A stretch of DNA of 14,706 nucleotides, taken from Thermoplasmata archaeon. Lineage in GTDB: Archaea; Thermoplasmatota; Thermoplasmata; Lutacidiplasmatales; UBA184. The DNA is taken from assembly GCA_028864975.1 (NCBI GenBank), contig JAGWLG010000051.1, forward strand, positions 1-14,706, given 5' to 3'. Position numbers and translations under genes: made by a program. Under the pieces are notes generated by a model. That model was given only the letters and a program-made list of their open reading frames with translations. It was not told the DNA's origin and made no database searches. How positions within the stretch are numbered: the stretch's first letter is position 1; each line of letters opens with the position of its first letter. Below are positions 1 to 7,556 of this stretch, piece by piece.

Positions 1-893
1 TTGATTGATAGGCCCCGCATCTCAAAGAGTGAAGCCTGAATCAATGAGTTCAACTCGTGCTCCGTGGATTCGAGATACCTCAGTGAGATCCCCATCTCCA
101 CCGCCCGCTGACACGCGGCGAGAGCGACCAGGTGCAATGAGTCAGTCTCACAAAGAAGTGCTGCCAAAACATTTGTGTCAACGAGGATCGACTCAATCTG
201 GCTGCGCAAATCAATTTCGCCGAACTCCTCCTCACGGGAGAGAACGTCGTAGTTGAGCAAACCCTGGTAGATCTCGACAAAGAGCTCAGAGAGAATCTGA
301 GTCGGGTTGAGCAGGTACTTGCAGAGCGTCTCGCGCAAGGCAGCCCGGTTGCCAAACTTCTTCCCATGTGAGGCAGCGTCGATTACTCTCTCGAGGCTCG
401 CGGACGGCAGGAGTTCCAGTTGCTTCGAGAGTTCCTGCCCACTTGCGGCAATCTCGGAAAAGACTCGAAGCAGTACTTCGTCAAATATGCCCCGGGCGTC
501 GGCATCTGCGAAGTGCTCGTCGAGGTCAGGATATCGTTGTCGTAGTTGCGGAAGGTAGTCCTTCCAAGCGGGTTCAGTGAGTTCGTGGAAACTCGGAAGC
601 TTCGGTCCGTTCTTAAGTTGGAATCGCCCGTTTCCCAGGTCGGAAACGGACCCCGCTTGGACCAGCTTCGCGAGACTCGCAGCGATGGTCGCCTCGCTGA
701 ACGCGAGTCCCGACTCAAGCTTTACCGCCTCCCAAACGTCTGTGGCCTTGAACGATTGTTGGTTCGGTAGCGTGGTAAGAATCTCGTGAACGATGCAGGA
801 CTTGATTGCTTGACGGTGCTCAACCACGGGACGGGATATGAGCGGAGCGAGCCTGATCAACCGATCGAGGTTCCTTGGTGGAGAGTCGGTCAT
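1..893 (-). CDS. Winged-helix + PIN-domain protein, 3'-truncated by window edge (>=297 aa)
   Basis: Manual translation from ATG at 893 (in-frame stop just upstream at 903-905) is open to the left edge: MTDSPPRNLDRLIRLAPL... N-terminal FKATDVWEAVKLESGLAFSEATIAASLAKLVQAGSVSDLGNGRFQL looks like a wHTH. ILVDTNVLAALLCETDSLHLVALAACQRAVEMGISLRYLESTEHEL matches the PIN start (D-T-N, H..A, T..E). Absent from the ORF track because there is no stop in the window. Confidence 0.8.
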   Translation of the reverse strand, partial: MTDSPPRNLDRLIRLAPLISRPVVEHRQAIKSCIVHEILTTLPNQQSFKATDVWEAVKLESGLAFSEATIAASLAKLVQAGSVSDLGNGRFQLKNGPKLPSFHELTEPAWKDYLPQLRQRYPDLDEHFADADARGIFDEVLLRVFSEIAASGQELSKQLELLPSASLERVIDAASHGKKFGNRAALRETLCKYLLNPTQILSELFVEIYQGLLNYDVLSREEEFGEIDLRSQIESILVDTNVLAALLCETDSLHLVALAACQRAVEMGISLRYLESTEHELNSLIQASLFEMRGLSI

Positions 894-996
894 GAGTGGA
901 CCTCAGACCGTGAAAGCTGCGATTGGTCTGATGACCTGCACACGGACGGAAGCGCCCGACACCGTGACGCCCCTCACCCGAGTCCACCCGTCCTCG

Positions 997-1227
997 TCAG
1001 CGGCCTCTGAAGACCAGGTACGCGATGATAGCCAGGATCACCACCGCGATTATCGCAATGAGTATTATCCAAGAATCGCCAGAGAGAAGGGAGTCATTGC
1101 CTTGAGTGATGGATTGATTCGCGCCGGCAATTGAGTAGCTCGCTGCGACAACGGCAACACACAGTATCACTGCCACAATAACGATCCCAAGAACGGTCTC
1201 GCCCTCGATTCCTCGATGATTCTGCAC
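997..1227 (-). CDS. Small 2-TM membrane protein (76 aa)
   Basis: GTG start after GAGAGGGTAA. Two clear hydrophobic helices (VLGIVIVAVILCVAVVAA; WIILIAIIAVVILAIIAYLVF) and a basic tail RGR. Confidence 0.75.
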   Translation of the reverse strand: MQNHRGIEGETVLGIVIVAVILCVAVVAASYSIAGANQSITQGNDSLLSGDSWIILIAIIAVVILAIIAYLVFRGR

Positions 1228-1370
1228 TTACCCTCTCAAGCGGACAAGTTTACCATCATAACAAATCGGACCAAAGTGAGACTTCATGTCTAGCGAAGGG
1301 TTGAGGAACGAGCGGATCGCGCGCGTGTTTCGCGCCCTCAAGGTGACTGGTAGTCGCTGCAAGCAACATT

Positions 1371-1733
1371 TCACCTCGGGGCAAGCAGACGGCGCTCCGA
1401 CACGCTCCGCGACGGATCGATCGTGGCGTCGAGGGCAGAAGCTAGCCCAGGCGCAGTGTCGCCCCGCATCGGCGGAGAGGGAACCTTCAGCCCCTCCACC
1501 CGGAAGAACCCCGCAGGGCCCCCACCCACTCTCTGCGAAGCGGCGGAGCGGATCCGCTCGTCGTGCTCGTCCAGAAGCCGCACGATGAGCGTGTCCATCG
1601 TGTCCCGCATTGACCCCGTGTCGAGGAGCCGCTCGACGGTCGACTCCTGGAGCTTGATCGAACGGCGAATCGATGGCGCCCCCGGGACGGACGCGGGGAA
1701 AACGCCCGACCTTCGTCGCTTCAGGGGCGCCAT
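1371..1733 (-). CDS. Ribbon-helix-helix (archaeal antitoxin/CopG-like) DNA-binding protein, 120 aa
   Basis: From internal ATG 1733 (MAPLKRRR). Core RRSIKLQESTVERLLDTGSMRDTMDTLIVRLLDEH fits the archaeal RHH pattern (T/S-I-K-L...T..RL.......T.D..I.RLL). Flanks are low complexity. Confidence 0.65.
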   Translation of the reverse strand: MAPLKRRRSGVFPASVPGAPSIRRSIKLQESTVERLLDTGSMRDTMDTLIVRLLDEHDERIRSAASQRVGGGPAGFFRVEGLKVPSPPMRGDTAPGLASALDATIDPSRSVSERRLLAPR

Positions 1734-1860
1734 CGCAAAACCAGATAACCAACCGGTTACGGTAGAATACCCGTTGTGGTGCAGTCCTCTACCGGACGTT
1801 CGCGAAGAGTCAAAGGTCCGGACCGCTCCTTGAACGCGTTGCGACCCGCCCGTCTCCGCA

Positions 1861-1875
1861 TGGACACTGTGTCCA
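1861..1875. promoter_or_regulatory. Perfect 7-1-7 palindrome TGGACAC-T-GTGTCCA, candidate operator
   Basis: Read directly. It lies in the divergent intergenic region between the RHH gene and the secreted-protein gene. A related GACA-T-TGTC follows at 1883-1891. Confidence 0.45.
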
Positions 1876-1938
1876 CTCGGTAGACATTGTCCCCTGTACG
1901 GGACCGAATTGATGTAGGATGTCGAGGCTCGTTGGCTC

Positions 1939-2790
1939 ATGCAAGGGGTTCAGGCAGACCGGCCACATTCTGGAGCACGAAGCATTCTCGCCCACGCACG
2001 CCGGTGGCCGTGCTTCCCGGTTCTCCTAGTGCTTGTCTTCTCCGCGTTCGTTGCAGCCTCGCCGGCGGCCCGCGCGGACAACCCCCACACCTGCGGGGGG
2101 ACTGGGAACATCACCGGCCTCTGGTGCGGGGGCGACTTTACGACCACATCCTGGAGCAGTTCCTGGGCAACCCTCGTCACCAACCAGCAGGCGTGTTACA
2201 GCGCGAACTCGAACTCGTACTCTGACAGCGCCTCTGGAGGCTCCTTCTACGGCAAGGCGTCCACTCGGGCCGACGAGTCCTCAAGCTGCGCCACGAACGT
2301 GGGCATCGTCGAGATCAACATCGGGACGCACGGTGGCTCGTTCACGGCGTGGAAGGCGGGAAGCGCCTACTACACGGTGGTGGCGAACTTCACCTTTAGC
2401 GACTTCCTCAGCATTGGCACCTACTGCGCTTCGACCGGGTCGCCCTACACCTCGGCCCAGATCCAGTCCTCCGGTGCAATGTACGACCAGTCCACCGGTT
2501 CCGGCGTCGGCTGGTCGTCATCGGGGGAGGTCTCCAACACCACAATCGAGAACGTCTGCAACACAAGCCAAACCCAGAGAGACAACGCGGCCCTCGTCCA
2601 AGCGTCCTTCTCCACGAACGTTGCGGTGTCCAGCGGAAACGTGCTCACCCCCCGAGGTAGCGTCTGGGCGGAGGTCTACGTGAGCATGCCTGGAGTTTCC
2701 CCGTACCCCGCGGCTCACGCCTACTCAAGCCTCGATTTCAACAACGACGGGTATGGCTACATCACCCTGGATTCAATATGGGTCTACTGA
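1939..2790 (+). CDS. Secreted Ser/Thr/Gly-rich, Cys-containing (glyco)protein, 283 aa
   Basis: Signal peptide RRWPCFPVLLVLVFSAFVAASPAARA|D with an A-x-A cleavage site. The mature part has 6 Cys and N-glycosylation sequons NIT, NFT, NTT, NTS, with beta-strand periodicity and no anchor. Confidence 0.85.
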   Translation: MQGVQADRPHSGARSILAHARRWPCFPVLLVLVFSAFVAASPAARADNPHTCGGTGNITGLWCGGDFTTTSWSSSWATLVTNQQACYSANSNSYSDSASGGSFYGKASTRADESSSCATNVGIVEINIGTHGGSFTAWKAGSAYYTVVANFTFSDFLSIGTYCASTGSPYTSAQIQSSGAMYDQSTGSGVGWSSSGEVSNTTIENVCNTSQTQRDNAALVQASFSTNVAVSSGNVLTPRGSVWAEVYVSMPGVSPYPAAHAYSSLDFNNDGYGYITLDSIWVY

Positions 2791-2841
2791 GGGCCCGTTG
2801 AGTTTTGCACCACAACTGCCTTTTCCTCGAATGCGCATGTC

Positions 2842-3978
2842 TTGACGTTGTCGCCTTCACGCCTTGTCGCCACCAACTCTACCGGGGCTGATTGCTACTC
2901 CATCCTCGTAGGCGTCGCTCTCGCACTACTCATCGGACTTTCAAGCATCGGGTTTTCGTTTGATGTCAGGGACATCGGCCCGGTCCGGAAGGCAGCGGCG
3001 ACTCAAGCAGCAACCCTTTGTGGGGGATACAGGTACTTCACAACTCCCGCGGGGTTGGCCGTTAACGCTAGCGGCTGCCGGCCGAGTTTCGTCGGGTCGT
3101 TCACTCAGGGCGACTCCAATGAGACCCTCGGATTCGCCGTCGCCTCCCTCGCTGAAGTCTCGCGAGCGGGGACAGTTGTTTCGCTTCAGGACCTGTCGGG
3201 TCCCCTTGACTCCGGCTTCACGTCTGTTCAGGGGCCATCGAGCCTTACGTTCACCGATCGCCTGAGCTCAACCGTCTCCAACGCCACCGGCTTCTGGCTC
3301 CCCTCCGACACGGCGTACGGGTCGGGTTCGCAGAAGTTCCACGCAGGGTCCCAAGTCCTCGGGATGGCCTCCGTCACACTGACCTTCTACCTGCGATGGG
3401 GCGGGGCCAACGATTCCTCTCTAAGCTTCGAGCTCAACGAGTCCGGTTGGCCCTGGGTCAGCTCCTCGGACCAGCTCGGAGTGGAGCTCGATTCTACGGC
3501 CGCGACCGGTAGCGAGGTGGCCTACTCCCCGGGCTCAACGACTCTGAGCGAGGCCCAGTCGGGAGGCGGCTCCGTTGAGGCCAACCTCGCCCTAGGACCG
3601 AATGCCGCCACAAGTGGAGGTGCCCCAACCTCTCTCTCGGTCTCGACCCAGGCGGGCATCTTCTCGTCGGGGGCTTCCAACAACTTGGCCGCCATCCTAC
3701 TCACCCTTGGTGGACCCGGGGGCTACGCCGGCTTCTCGTACGGTCCGTCGCTCACCTTCTTCCCCCTCCCCGCCAAAGTCGCCCCCCAGACCCTCGGAAT
3801 CCTCTCGATCGCGGCCATCGGGCTTGTCGTGGTGGCGGCGGTCATCCTCGGCGTCCTGGGCATCCGCGCACGCCGGGTCCCCCCGGAGGCGGACCTCGCT
3901 CCGCTGAACCCTTCGGGCCGAGGGAAGGGCACGGCCCATCGACCCGGGCCAGGTTCCCCCTTCGCGCCTACCTCATGA
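2842..3978 (+). CDS. Membrane-anchored surface glycoprotein, beta-rich ectodomain, 378 aa
   Basis: TTG start (exact start uncertain). N-terminal hydrophobic helix, sequons NAS, NET, NAT, NDS, NES, and a C-terminal TM (ILSIAAIGLVVVAAVILGVLGI) followed by RARR. Confidence 0.85.
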   Translation: MTLSPSRLVATNSTGADCYSILVGVALALLIGLSSIGFSFDVRDIGPVRKAAATQAATLCGGYRYFTTPAGLAVNASGCRPSFVGSFTQGDSNETLGFAVASLAEVSRAGTVVSLQDLSGPLDSGFTSVQGPSSLTFTDRLSSTVSNATGFWLPSDTAYGSGSQKFHAGSQVLGMASVTLTFYLRWGGANDSSLSFELNESGWPWVSSSDQLGVELDSTAATGSEVAYSPGSTTLSEAQSGGGSVEANLALGPNAATSGGAPTSLSVSTQAGIFSSGASNNLAAILLTLGGPGGYAGFSYGPSLTFFPLPAKVAPQTLGILSIAAIGLVVVAAVILGVLGIRARRVPPEADLAPLNPSGRGKGTAHRPGPGSPFAPTS

Positions 3979-4483
3979 GCCCCGCCAGGGTCTCCGAGAT
4001 CTTGCTCGCCCATCGGTCCGTGAACGTTTCGACGAACGACGTGTGGACCCGAAGGATGGTCGCCGCCTGGACGGCTCGATAGACACGGGGACTGACCGAC
4101 GTGTCCTGGATGACCAGCTGCCCCCGCATCAACGCCCTGAGGTGGAAGGAGACCGTGGGGTTCGTCCGATGGACCAGCTCCGCGATCCGACCGAACCGCA
4201 GACCCTCCCCCGAGGCTGCCAGGTAGACAAGGATGGCCCGCTGGACCGGGCTCTGCATGGCCTTCAGGAACCGCCCGTCGACCTCCGGGAAGCCCGGGGG
4301 AAAGTAGTAGTCGCTCCGTCCCCCCTTCTGGCAGACGAGGACCCGCTGCTTGACCAAGCGCCGCAGATGAAACGCGGTCTGGCCCCAGGCGAGGGAGAGG
4401 CCGCGCTGGATGGCTCGAGCGCTCGTCGCGGGGTGGGAGCGGACGAACTCAAGGATCAGTTCGGAGGTTGGGCTCTCCACCAC
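3968..4483 (-). CDS. Tandem winged-HTH transcriptional regulator (COG3398-like), ~171 aa
   Basis: GTG at 4483 (or 4480) after GGAGA. Two HTH repeats: ILEFVRSHPATSARAIQRGLSLAWGQTAFHLRRL and ILVYLAASGEGLRFGRIAELVHRTNPTVSFHLRAL. The first 70 aa of the track ORF are overlap with the upstream gene. Confidence 0.85.
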   Translation of the reverse strand: MVESPTSELILEFVRSHPATSARAIQRGLSLAWGQTAFHLRRLVKQRVLVCQKGGRSDYYFPPGFPEVDGRFLKAMQSPVQRAILVYLAASGEGLRFGRIAELVHRTNPTVSFHLRALMRGQLVIQDTSVSPRVYRAVQAATILRVHTSFVETFTDRWASKISETLAGLMR

Positions 4484-4784
4484 GGGTAACGGTCTCCGAA
4501 AGGGTCGTCGGCGAGCGTGTCGCGACGAAGGAGACGTAGAGGAGCGCCTCCGCGGCGAGGAGGACGAGCGAGGGGGCCCACCCGAGGTCGGCCCAGGGGA
4601 CGGAGCCTCCCTCCACCGCGGAGAGCAGCCCCAGGCCGCCGGCGACCCCCACGAGGCCGATAGCGAGCCCGACCAAAGCGAATCGGAGCTCACGGTAGCG
4701 AGCGGCGGTGTAGAGGGTCATGGCGGCCAACATCGCCCCGACGGCCAGTACGGCGGCGTCGAGAACAGGCAGGAACTGGTCCAT
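4449..4784 (-). CDS. Small 3-TM membrane protein overlapping the wHTH gene start
   Basis: 111 aa with three hydrophobic segments. ATG follows GGGGGACCG. Its 3' end overlaps the regulator start by about 35 bp, suggesting an operon. Confidence 0.8.
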   Translation of the reverse strand: MDQFLPVLDAAVLAVGAMLAAMTLYTAARYRELRFALVGLAIGLVGVAGGLGLLSAVEGGSVPWADLGWAPSLVLLAAEALLYVSFVATRSPTTLSETVTRGGEPNLRTDP

Positions 4785-4985
4785 CGGTCCCCCTAGCCTG
4801 TCGGGTCTGGCTCGGACCTGACAGCGACTCGTCTGCCGAGCATCCCCGGGACGGTCAGGGTCGCATAAGGTTCATGAACGAAGTGGTGCAATTCTCTACT
4901 ACGGTGTTCCTTGGCCGCACTCCGCGACCCTGTCGATGGTCTACGAAGGAGCGACGTCAGGTCGACCTTGTGGGGGACCACCGTT

Positions 4986-5192
4986 CTACCCCCGCCGAAC
5001 CGGCCGCTCGGTCCGCTCGACCGTCACCTTGCCCGTGACGTTGTCCGCGACCCAGTGGACGGCATCACCGGGCTTCAGCTCCATGAACTCGACGATGATC
5101 CTGGGTACGGTCAGTCGGAGCGCCTTCGACCCCTTCAGGCGCGGGGCGGCCCTCACACAGGCGCTGGTCCCTTCGAACGTCCGGGGCGGCAT
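4986..5192 (-). CDS. AbrB/MazE/SpoVT-family DNA-binding protein, 68 aa
   Basis: Motif SKALRLTVPRIIVEFMELKPGDAVHW matches the swapped-hairpin consensus (S...T.P......L.L..GD.V.W). Confidence 0.9.
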   Translation of the reverse strand: MPPRTFEGTSACVRAAPRLKGSKALRLTVPRIIVEFMELKPGDAVHWVADNVTGKVTVERTERPVRRG

Positions 5193-5209
5193 CCCGGGGG
5201 CACCGGCGC

Positions 5210-5255
5210 TCGGGTCTTTTAATGCGTCAGAAGTGAGGTGTTATCTTAGACCCGA
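5210..5255. promoter_or_regulatory. Compact bidirectional promoter framed by 8-bp inverted repeat TCGGGTCT...AGACCCGA
   Basis: IR arms at 5210-5217 and 5248-5255. AT-rich TATA-like elements CTTTTAAT (5216-5223) and TTATCTTA (5241-5248) lie inside. It fills the 65-bp gap between divergent ATGs. Confidence 0.55.
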
Positions 5256-5257
5256 CC

Positions 5258-5446
5258 ATGACGAAGCTCATCTGGGACTTCGAGCGGTGGACCGAGGTGA
5301 AGAGGTCGGGGAAGCGAGAAGTGTGCTGGTTCTGTGAGGCCGGGACTCCCGAGGACTGCCTCGTGGTCCGCGCCTCGGGCCGATTCATCCACGCCTGCCA
5401 TTCCTGCGCGAACCTTCTCCTCGATTGTGGAATCGTCTGCTCGTAA
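5258..5446 (+). CDS. Small zinc-finger protein (CxxC...CxxC), 62 aa
   Basis: ATG start; CWFC and HACHSC pairs. Confidence 0.7.
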   Translation: MTKLIWDFERWTEVKRSGKREVCWFCEAGTPEDCLVVRASGRFIHACHSCANLLLDCGIVCS

Positions 5447-5591
5447 GAAGTCCGGGGCTGGAACCTCCCGGGAGCTTGGCACCAGCGAGCTCTGGGGTGT
5501 GTCCTCCCACCATCGAGCGAGGGCATCGCGCCCTCTGGGCACGGTCCCAGCGAGTCGAGCAGGGTCACGACGAGCCGAGAAGGCTCCCCGC

Positions 5592-6395
5592 TCAGCTCGG
5601 GGCCTTCGGAGCCTTCCCTGAGGGGCTGTCGGGCGTAGGACCAAAGATCGTGTCCGCGATCGACTGGAGCTTGCTGAACGCGTGCTCCGCGAACATCCCG
5701 GTGAGGAAGCAGATCACCGCGATCCCGAGAACGCTCGTGTTCGGCACGCTCGTGCTCGACGAGATGACGCCTGCTCGAAGGGCGACGTAGACCACGAAGG
5801 CCAGCCCCGCCGCGAGAGGGGGCCTCAGGATGTACCAGCCCATCCAGACGAGGTCGAAGTCCTTGAGGGCCGAGTAGTGGTGCGTGATCGCCCACAGCGA
5901 GTAGATGCACGCTCCCACGGCACCCGAAAGGACTGCCACCAGCAGGAGGATCGTCTCAGGACCGACCGCGAAAGGCCCCATCTGCCACAGGAGGAAGCTG
6001 ATCTTCACCTGGCGGGTCGAGGACGCGCTGAGGTCCCCTGGGACCACCGGCCACACGATGCTGAGCAAGTAGGAGAGCGCGAGCAGCATGATCGAGCTGT
6101 AGATGGCGGCCCCTCCCGCGTACCACTCGTCACTCCTGTCCATGACATGCGACTTCTCCAGGACCAGGACGTCGCCCGCTGCGACGTTCAGGTCGGCCAA
6201 CGACTTGGAGAGGTCGAGCGGGGTCGTGTCGCTCCCGAGCCGCCGGAGCGCAAACCGCGCGATCATGGGGAGCTCCTCAGGATAGGTCTTGTCCAGAGTA
6301 TCGGCGACGAGCTTGGACGCTTTCTCCGAGGGGTCGAAGACGTGGGCGGACTTCTTCTTCCAGACCACGAAGACATCGCTCAAGAGGGACACCAC
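5592..6395 (-). CDS. Ubiquitin-like (beta-grasp, YukD/EsaB-like) domain fused to ~4-TM membrane domain, 267 aa
   Basis: Residues ~7-80 align by eye to ubiquitin (VFV..K...DPSE; RFAL..LG; LDLSKSLADLNVAAGDVLVL vs [20 protein letters not shown]). Residues ~91-252 have four TMs with GAVGA, WYILRP and FLTGMF...KL..IADTIF motifs. Confidence 0.8.
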   Translation of the reverse strand: MVSLLSDVFVVWKKKSAHVFDPSEKASKLVADTLDKTYPEELPMIARFALRRLGSDTTPLDLSKSLADLNVAAGDVLVLEKSHVMDRSDEWYAGGAAIYSSIMLLALSYLLSIVWPVVPGDLSASSTRQVKISFLLWQMGPFAVGPETILLLVAVLSGAVGACIYSLWAITHHYSALKDFDLVWMGWYILRPPLAAGLAFVVYVALRAGVISSSTSVPNTSVLGIAVICFLTGMFAEHAFSKLQSIADTIFGPTPDSPSGKAPKAPS

Positions 6396-6478
6396 CGTGT
6401 CGAGACGTTCGCCCTATCCTCCTTCCCGTTCAAGAACGTTGGGAGGCCGCGGAGGTCGAGAGTTGCACCAGCAGAGCT

Positions 6479-7018
6479 TTGGTTGACCGAGAGCCAGGTC
6501 AAGGAAAGCTCTCATGGGAACCTTCCCCTTTCCTCGCTGTCGTGGCCTTCTTCCATCCCACCCACACGCACGGTTTTCCACCGGGCTCCCTCGCCGTCGG
6601 GGAAGAGGTCGTGGCCCATTGGACCGCCCCCTCAGCCCATGACCGGGGCCTCCTCACTTCCCTCCGGGTCCTGCTCCTCTCCGCCCCCCATGCGGTTTCC
6701 CTCCATCGGGAGATCTCGTGGGAGGTCCCGCTGGAGAAGGTCGAAGAGCTCGAGGTGACCCAGCAAGAGAGCTACGACGCCCCTTCCGGCGGGTTTGTCG
6801 TCCCGTGGGGCCTAGGAATGGGCGCAATGCCCGACATGAACATGAACGTAGCCGCCAGGGGCGGGGCCGCCGCCACGACCGAGCGTGTGGAAGGAGACTT
6901 CGGGGTCGTTGTCAACGGCACTATCGTCTTCCTCGGCGACCCCGAGCCCGCTGAGCAGCTTCAGGGGTGGATCGATAAAGCTCGGATGGAGCGACGAGCG
7001 GCGCTGGGCATGCCCTAG
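6479..7018 (+). CDS. Putative PH-like fold protein (start may be GTG 6542)
   Basis: GEEVVAHW...GLLTSLRVLLL...WEVPLEKVEELEV...VVVNGTIVF...AEQLQGWIDKAR resembles prokaryotic PH domains (LT..R.l, IPL..I..v, C-terminal helix). It carries a Gly/Met-rich insertion. Confidence 0.6.
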   Translation: MVDREPGQGKLSWEPSPFLAVVAFFHPTHTHGFPPGSLAVGEEVVAHWTAPSAHDRGLLTSLRVLLLSAPHAVSLHREISWEVPLEKVEELEVTQQESYDAPSGGFVVPWGLGMGAMPDMNMNVAARGGAAATTERVEGDFGVVVNGTIVFLGDPEPAEQLQGWIDKARMERRAALGMP

Positions 7019-7082
7019 GACCCCATGCTACGCTTGGCTGCCGTGTAGGTTCATGATCGCGTCGCGCATTTGGGGGCCTTGG

Positions 7083-7544
7083 TCAGAGCTCCCGGAGAAC
7101 GAGCTCGCGACGATCCTCTCTCACGATCAACTCGTGGTGCATTAGGAACGGGCGACGGCCGAGAAGAGGCGTCGGGACCTCCTCGTCCGCTGCCGCGACC
7201 ATGATCGGGTCCATCACCCAGACGCGACCTGGAAAGCCGAGCGTGTCAGGCCCGACGACCTGCAGGCAGACCCGGGAGGGGCGGATCACGACGGACCCCC
7301 CGACTCCTCGTGCGGGCTCCTGCAGCGGCGCCCCGAGCTCCAGCCCCAGATCCTCGGCGATCCAGGGCGGCAAGAGGGTAAAGGTCGCTCCCGAGTCCAT
7401 CAGGAGGTTCTGAAGCGACTGCTTGCTCTTCCACGTGAGGCGGACATGGACCATGGGGGCCACGTCGGTGTGCCGGGAAATCCGAACCTTCGAGTACTCG
7501 ATACGAAAGACGCCCGACCCCTTCCTACGGGCACGAGCTGTCAA
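7083..7544 (-). CDS. Retropepsin-like (clan AA) aspartic protease, 153 aa
   Basis: Catalytic LLMDSGATFTLLP, flap RGVGG, and psi-loop PLLGR. Confidence 0.9.
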   Translation of the reverse strand: MTARARRKGSGVFRIEYSKVRISRHTDVAPMVHVRLTWKSKQSLQNLLMDSGATFTLLPPWIAEDLGLELGAPLQEPARGVGGSVVIRPSRVCLQVVGPDTLGFPGRVWVMDPIMVAAADEEVPTPLLGRRPFLMHHELIVREDRRELVLREL

Positions 7545-7556
7545 GGGGCTCCCCCC

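Noticed and set aside
997-1227. Class III (type IV pilin) signal peptide at RG|IEGE
   Set aside because: The +2 residue is Glu and there is no +5 Glu, so it fails the archaeal prepilin pattern. A second TM is also atypical.
1286-1588. ORF MSSEGLRNER... and weak hairpin at 1301-1341
   Set aside because: No motif, it overlaps the RHH gene antisense, and the hairpin needs a 12-nt bulge.
4793-4981. 62-aa ORF after AbrB as a possible toxin
   Set aside because: No PIN, MazF or RelE features, and it runs through the likely promoter (AACCTTATG, ~4864-4872) of the 3-TM gene.
5682-6758. Long + strand ORF (358 aa) and similar long antisense ORFs at 8769-9863, 12596-13741 and 13630-14601
   Set aside because: Shadow frames of real genes in high-GC DNA, with Arg/Pro/Gly-biased composition and no motifs.
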